The notes beneath the pieces are model-generated. The model saw nothing but the letters and a program-made list of their open reading frames with translations, did no database searches and was not told where the DNA came from. Positions 24,912 through 29,423 of a DNA stretch of 29,423 nucleotides are shown here, in pieces. The DNA is from Candidatus Woesearchaeota archaeon (GTDB lineage: Archaea > Nanobdellota > Nanobdellia > Woesearchaeales > SM23-78): positions 1 to 29,423 of the forward strand of contig CBFDDS010000001.1 in the NCBI GenBank assembly GCA_965603625.1. The letters are read 5' to 3'. Numbering within the stretch: position 1 is the stretch's first letter; each line of letters begins with the position of its first letter. The position numbers and the translations under genes were made by a program.

Positions 24912-25408
24912 TTTTTCAATGCTTCTTTAAAGGCCTCAACCATCTCATCATCAATATCAATAAGGATTATCTTTTCAAGATTCTTGAAATCTGTTTCATT
25001 AATAACCTTAAGCATGGTCCTGGCTGCTTCTAGTTTGTCGAGCCCACCCACACCTGTGCCTAGGCCGGGCATTGCAAGGCTCTTAAAGCCCTCTCTGTCT
25101 GCCAGCTCAAGAGCAGCCTTTGTGGCGCATAAAACTTTATGAGAGTCTGTTATTTCAGCAGGGTTATGCATGGTAGGAGCATGGATAATCTTTTTACACA
25201 CGAGGTCACCAGAAGAGGTTACAGCTGCCTGTCCGACCTGGATTGGAGCTTGTGCTATGGCCCCCTCCTCAATGGCCTTGCCCCCGACTCTTTTGATAAC
25301 ACCAGCCACGCCGCCGCCCATGTATCCAAAGCTGTTGGCAGGGTTGACAATGGCCTCTACTTGGAGGGTGGTGATGCTCCCTTTTTTTACCTCAATAACT
25401 GGCTTCAT
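24908..25408 (-). CDS. Macrodomain (ADP-ribose binding / Appr-1''-p processing) protein
   Basis: AIVNPANSFGYMGGGVAGVI, IIHAPTM, MPGLGTGVGG. Confidence 0.93.
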   Translation of the reverse strand: MKPVIEVKKGSITTLQVEAIVNPANSFGYMGGGVAGVIKRVGGKAIEEGAIAQAPIQVGQAAVTSSGDLVCKKIIHAPTMHNPAEITDSHKVLCATKAALELADREGFKSLAMPGLGTGVGGLDKLEAARTMLKVINETDFKNLEKIILIDIDDEMVEAFKEALKK

Positions 25409-25430
25409 AAAGGTACGGAATATACTTATC

Positions 25431-25448
25431 TTAAAAAAGCTTTCCTAA
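25431..25448 (-). promoter_or_regulatory. BRE/TATA for the leaderless macrodomain-HAD transcript
   Basis: The minus strand reads TTAGGAAAGC-TTTTTTAA, with the TATA 23-30 nt upstream of ATG 25408. Confidence 0.5.
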
Positions 25449-25511
25449 AAACAAAAAACATATAAAATACGTTTCATGTATGTTTAATAAATCTTAAAAA
25501 GGGGTGTTTTA

Positions 25512-26525
25512 GTGGCAAATAGTTCGAATCCAAGAGTTTCTCACAGGAAAAAGAACTTAGAAGAGGGATTTCTAAAAGCAGAGGAGATACCTGAATCCAA
25601 GAAAAAAGAAAAAGAGGGAGAAAATGAGGAAGAAGACTAGAGTGGAGAGACAGAGGAGGATAAGGACCATCTCCCTTTTGAGACAGTTCACAAGGTTATA
25701 AGGGCAACCTGCCTGGTGGCTCTTGTGCTTTGGTTTGTAATAATAGTTTTTCTGAGCATAGTGACCCGTTCAAACCCTTTCAACACTCTTCTGGGGCTAT
25801 CACCGGTTCTTCTTACAATAATACTAACATATATCCTGGTGGATAAGTATCATATGGAGAATGGCTTCTTGTTAATCCTTCCTTTTATCCTTACTGCTCT
25901 CCTTTATATGCTAGGAAAAGGGGGCATGATGGAAGGGATTGACTACAGCACCCTTAGCGGGGTTAACATAATCTTTGGTGTCTTGTTTGAGGCAGTTATT
26001 CTTGTACATTATAATATACTAAGAAAGCAGGAGGAGGTTGAGACAAAAAAAGTCAAAGAAGAGAAGCTGGTTATTAAGCTTGATAATGAGGAGGGAGTAA
26101 AAACCTTTGTAAGCTGCATTGAAGACAAGGTAAAAGCAATTAATGCTGCTATTGGAAGGGTGTACAGTGTTAGGCGCGGGGGAACAGAGCCCTTAAGAAA
26201 GAAGATAAAGATAGACGCTGCTCACTACAATGAGTTCAATGAATTAAAAAATGAGAAGCCTGCACAAAGAAAGGCAACTGCTATAAAGCTGTTGAATAAG
26301 ATAAAGGACAGGCTTGAGCTACTTCAAAAACCTGAAAAAGAGGTATTTGATAAAGACGATATGGATAGCTTATTGAGGATTGAGAGAGATAAGAAAGGAA
26401 ACGACAAAGTAATCAACGTTCTCATAAAGAGTGACAAAGACCCTGTTAAAGCCTACTATGAAGGGGCTATGAAGTTCTGTGAAGGCGCAATTAAGGTTTT
26501 AGAGAAGGAAGAAAAAAAGAGATAA
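25512..26525 (+). CDS. Hypothetical 4-TM membrane protein with acidic N-terminus and helical C-terminal domain; in-frame TAG at 25638-25640
   Basis: GTG 25512 follows GGGGTG SD and is in frame with the tracked ORF 25716-26525. Only one TAG interrupts the frame (...ENEEED*SGETEEDKDH...). Confidence 0.7.
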
Positions 26526-26557
26526 ACTCTAGCCCTGGGTTTCTAAAGTTTCTAAAT

Positions 26558-27853
26558 CTAAGGTTTCCACCTCAGCATTGTTCTTGGGAAGGCTATGGCG
26601 TCTTTTATGTTATCGAGTTTGCAAATCCATGCTATCACTCTTTCAAGCCCGACACCATACCCGCTATGAGGAACACCTCCGTATTTTCTGAGATCAAAGT
26701 ACCACTTATAGTTTGAGGGGTCTTCTCCTATTTTCTTGAGGTCATCTTTCATCTGCTCAACATCCATACTCCTCTGGCTTCCGCCAATGATTTCACCATA
26801 TCCCTCAGGTGCAAGCATGTCAAAGCACAAGGCCTCGTCAGGATTCTCAGGGTCTCTAGGCTTGTAAAAGGCCATGATCTCCTTTGGGTAATGAGTGATA
26901 ACAATAGGTGTGTCAAAATGCTTCATTATCTTGTCCTCCTCAATAGTTCTGAGGTCTTTACCAAAGGGAATATTCTGGCCCTCTTTTTCTTTCAAAATCC
27001 CCAGCACTTCTCTGTACTTTACTGTTGGCCAGGGCTTTTCAGCAATCTTTTTGAGCTTTTTTACATCCTGCCCTAAGAATTTTAAGTCTTCTTCATGCTT
27101 TTCAAGCACTTTTTTTAGGCAGTATCTTATCTCATCCTTTCCAAACTCAGTCACCTCTTTCAAATCCATCCATGCTGCCTCCATTTCCACCATCCAGAAC
27201 TCTGACAGGTGCCTGGAGGTCTTCATCTTCTCAGCTCTGAAAGTAGGTGCTGTGTCATAAACCCTTTCAAGGCTGTGGACAGCTGCCTCTGCGTATAACT
27301 GCCAGGTCTGGGCAAGAAAGGTTTTGTTCTTGTAATACTTGACTTCGAAAACAGTGCTTCCTCCCTCACTCTGTGTGGGCTGCAGGATTGGAGGGTCAAA
27401 CTTGTAAAAGCCCTTTTTCTGGAAGAACTCTTCTCTTGCATTCACATAAGTGCTTCTAATCCTGAGAATAGTGTTCATCTTTGTGCTTCTAAGCCAGAGA
27501 TGCCTGTTGTCTAGAAGAAATTCAGGGCTCTGGTCCTTGGTTATAGGGTAATTATCACACCAACCAACAACAGTGAACTCATCAACGTCAATCTCAAAGC
27601 CAGTGGGAGCTCTTTTATCAGGCTTTATTGTTCCTGTAATCTCCATGGAGCACTCAACCTGTATCTTATCTGCTTCTTTGAATTTTCCCTCATCAAACTT
27701 TTCCTTCTTGATAACACACTGGATGGTGTCCTCAGCACCTCTTATGACCAAGAACTTGAACTTATTACTTCCTCTCTCCCTGTGAACCCATCCCCTAATT
27801 GATACTTTACCTGAACCTTTCTTCATGGCTTCATTAATTGATATGAATTTCAT
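26558..27853 (-). CDS. asnS: Asparagine--tRNA ligase
   Basis: OB-fold IRGWVHR, RHLWLRS, LAQTWQLYAE, FRAEK..TSRHLSEFWMVE, EIIGGSQR, PHSGYGVGLERVIAWI, AFPR. SD GAGGGTG. Confidence 0.9.
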   Translation of the reverse strand: MKFISINEAMKKGSGKVSIRGWVHRERGSNKFKFLVIRGAEDTIQCVIKKEKFDEGKFKEADKIQVECSMEITGTIKPDKRAPTGFEIDVDEFTVVGWCDNYPITKDQSPEFLLDNRHLWLRSTKMNTILRIRSTYVNAREEFFQKKGFYKFDPPILQPTQSEGGSTVFEVKYYKNKTFLAQTWQLYAEAAVHSLERVYDTAPTFRAEKMKTSRHLSEFWMVEMEAAWMDLKEVTEFGKDEIRYCLKKVLEKHEEDLKFLGQDVKKLKKIAEKPWPTVKYREVLGILKEKEGQNIPFGKDLRTIEEDKIMKHFDTPIVITHYPKEIMAFYKPRDPENPDEALCFDMLAPEGYGEIIGGSQRSMDVEQMKDDLKKIGEDPSNYKWYFDLRKYGGVPHSGYGVGLERVIAWICKLDNIKDAIAFPRTMLRWKP

Positions 27854-27890
27854 AATAATACACCCTCTTATTCTGTTTAGTCAGAAATTC

Positions 27891-27907
27891 TATATAAAAT
27901 TAACTAA
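27891..27907 (-). promoter_or_regulatory. TATA box upstream of asnS
   Basis: The minus strand reads TTAGTTAAT-TTTATATA about 38-45 nt upstream of ATG 27853, leaving room for the SD. Confidence 0.45.
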
Positions 27908-27910
27908 TTA

Positions 27911-28372
27911 TCAAGCAGAAAACTCCTCAATCCTGGGCTTTAACAACCCCAGGTAATCCTGTGTTTTCATCTTTAATGATTTGGTTTGCTCTCCAGCATT
28001 AAAAGCCATGTACTCGTTCTGCATAATGCTCTTATCAACTATTAATTTAAGACCAAACACCTGTGCAAAGGGAGGAACTCCCCCGGGCACACACCCAGTT
28101 TTTGCTTTTACTTCATCAGCAGTTGCAAACCTCAGGCTCTTAATGCCAAGAATTCTTTTCAGGGCTTTGGAGTCAATCCTCTTAGCAGCACTGATAACAG
28201 CAAGAATAAACTCCGTGCCTGCTTTTAGCAGCAAAGCCTTGGCTCCAATCTTAATATCCTCTCCACGGACAGCCGCCGCCTCCTCGCTAGTACGCACAGG
28301 CTCATGCTCTTTAAACTCATAAGAAACATTATTTTGGTCAAGAAAGGCTTTTATTTTGTCAAAGGCAGTCAT
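27911..28372 (-). CDS. YbaK/ProX-superfamily aminoacyl-tRNA deacylase, YeaK (ProXp-y)-like
   Basis: EHEPVRTSEEAAAVRG..GAKALL, TGCVPGGVPPF, AFNAG...S. ATG 28372 is preferred over GTG 28381 (GGTG SD upstream). Confidence 0.85.
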   Translation of the reverse strand: MTAFDKIKAFLDQNNVSYEFKEHEPVRTSEEAAAVRGEDIKIGAKALLLKAGTEFILAVISAAKRIDSKALKRILGIKSLRFATADEVKAKTGCVPGGVPPFAQVFGLKLIVDKSIMQNEYMAFNAGEQTKSLKMKTQDYLGLLKPRIEEFSA

Positions 28373-28381
28373 TAACCACAC

Positions 28382-29251
28382 CTAAACCTCTATTCTCATG
28401 CCATCAAAGGCAAACTTAATGTTATAATCCTTGTATTTTTCTTCTAGCTTACAGTAGTCATCATAAGACTTGCCCCACATCTCTTCTATATGTATAATTA
28501 TTGTTTTTTTAATATTGAGTTTTTTTATCTGTTCAATAAGTTCTTCCATAGAAAAGAGTTGATGTCTTAAAGGATGGTTTTCTGTAATTTCTTGTCCTTT
28601 ACTTAGAGGAGAGAACCAGGGATTGTTCATTATTAATAAATCTGCATCCTTTAGTCTTGAATCATTCTTCCAGGCCTTTGTATGGCAAGGGAAATAAACT
28701 ACTTTTTTATTGCCTTCTTTTATTATGTATGCACACACATTTGCATTTGTGTATTGCCTTATCTTTTCTGCAGTGATAGTTAAATTTCTTATTTTATACT
28801 CTTTATCAGATTCAATCTCCATTAGTTTCAGAAAGCGCATTCTTTCGCGATATGCTAGAAAAGAATCTAATGGAGAACGTATATTTTTTAGGTCTTTCAT
28901 GACTTCTTTGGGTGCGATGTACTTAATAGGCTCCCCTTCATTCTTTAATTCATAAGGTTCATGAGCAGTCCAATCATCAGTAATCTCTTCTGCAAGCCTA
29001 AATCCCTCTGTGTGGTCTGGGTGCCAATGTGTGAAGAAAACCCTTTCAACTTTTTTTATATCTTCTCTATTGATAGAATTAATTATGTCTTTTGGTGTGT
29101 CAATAATTGCATTTATATCATCTATAAATATTGAGGGCCCATTCCTAGAATAAGGAACTCCTTTTTTCCTTGCTTCTTTGCAAACCCTGCACTGGCAGGT
29201 TGGTATTGGTATTGTTTGGAATCCTCCAGAACCAAGAATTATGAATTTCAT
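28382..29251 (-). CDS. Metallo-beta-lactamase-fold hydrolase, PhnP-like
   Basis: ILGSGG...P.PTCQCRVC (structural Zn site), [29 protein letters not shown]-rich. Confidence 0.88.
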   Translation of the reverse strand: MKFIILGSGGFQTIPIPTCQCRVCKEARKKGVPYSRNGPSIFIDDINAIIDTPKDIINSINREDIKKVERVFFTHWHPDHTEGFRLAEEITDDWTAHEPYELKNEGEPIKYIAPKEVMKDLKNIRSPLDSFLAYRERMRFLKLMEIESDKEYKIRNLTITAEKIRQYTNANVCAYIIKEGNKKVVYFPCHTKAWKNDSRLKDADLLIMNNPWFSPLSKGQEITENHPLRHQLFSMEELIEQIKKLNIKKTIIIHIEEMWGKSYDDYCKLEEKYKDYNIKFAFDGMRIEV

Positions 29252-29423
29252 TTTTTATCTAATTTTAACCCTAGCTCATCCAGCTGCTCCTGTGTTACTT
29301 CAGAAGGCGCATCCATCACAGGGTCTCTTGCTGCTTTGTCCTTTGGGAAAGCAATCACTTCTCTAATAGAGTCTTCTCCCATTACCACCATGAGCAGCCT
29401 GTCAAGGCCTGGCGCTATTCCCC
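29248..29423 (-). CDS. aspS: C-terminal end of a bacterial-type aspartate--tRNA ligase (5' part lies outside the window; not in the ORF track)
   Basis: The minus frame from 29421 reads [57 protein letters not shown]: class II motif 3 plus the bacterial AspRS C-terminal extension. Confidence 0.85.
   Translation of the reverse strand, partial: GIAPGLDRLLMVVMGEDSIREVIAFPKDKAARDPVMDAPSEVTQEQLDELGLKLDKK

Noticed and set aside
25638-25640. Genome-wide TAG reassignment or pyrrolysine coding
   Set aside because: TAG is the evident natural terminator at 2355, 4629, 24257, 26558 and 28382, and no pyl genes are in the window.
25624-25701. 25-codon Arg-rich ORF (MRKKTRVERQRR...) overlapping the amber site
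   Set aside because: It is the +1 shadow of the GAG/GAA-rich acidic frame, has no SD, and does not join the downstream ORF.
27735-27746. AsnRS OB-fold reads IRG where homologs usually have LRD
   Set aside because: A single substitution (GAT to GGT) in an otherwise intact enzyme; cannot be distinguished from neutral variation or a base error.
104-29366. The many 60-140 aa antisense or alternate-frame ORFs in the track (e.g. 335-541, 3262-3519, 12536-12895, 14803-15246, 23121-23543, 26895-27260)
   Set aside because: They lie wholly within well-supported genes, show no motifs, SD or promoter, and are expected shadows of the coding strand.
1-29423. CRISPR arrays, tRNA/rRNA genes, inteins, IS elements or prophage genes
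   Set aside because: Intergenic gaps are all under about 190 nt with no spaced repeats or cloverleaf-like sequence, protein lengths are typical for their families, and no recombinase motifs were seen. A tRNAscan/Infernal run would confirm.

Overview
Gene-dense archaeal-type window. The TATA/BRE promoters, GAGGTGA Shine-Dalgarno sites, four-subunit POR and Mre11, mixed with several bacterial-type enzymes, suggest a DPANN archaeon such as Woesearchaeota (inference). From left to right it holds five blocks. (1) A fermentation block: group 3b [NiFe]-hydrogenase gamma/delta/alpha, then pta-ackA, a convergent uridine kinase plus porGDAB, and a divergent ppsA. (2) A membrane-anchored winged-helix regulator. 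(3) A six-gene BatA/vWA-coiled-coil-MoxR-DUF58 operon. (4) ROK kinase and class II aldolase, a His-rich hypothetical, an orphan Mre11, and a macrodomain-HAD pair. (5) A membrane protein followed by an asnS / YbaK-family / MBL-hydrolase / bacterial-type aspS cluster. No RNA genes, CRISPR arrays, transposases or integrases were recognised. Best leads: an AT-rich secreted protein made of two subtilisin-propeptide-like repeats with no protease domain, wedged inside the hydrogenase operon; the uncharacterised MoxR-vWA membrane system; three AT-rich genes that each start inside an AAA-AAA-TGA stop; and two interrupted reading frames missed by the ORF track (a -1 shift at an A8 run and an in-frame TAG). 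All family assignments come from motif recognition, without database searches.
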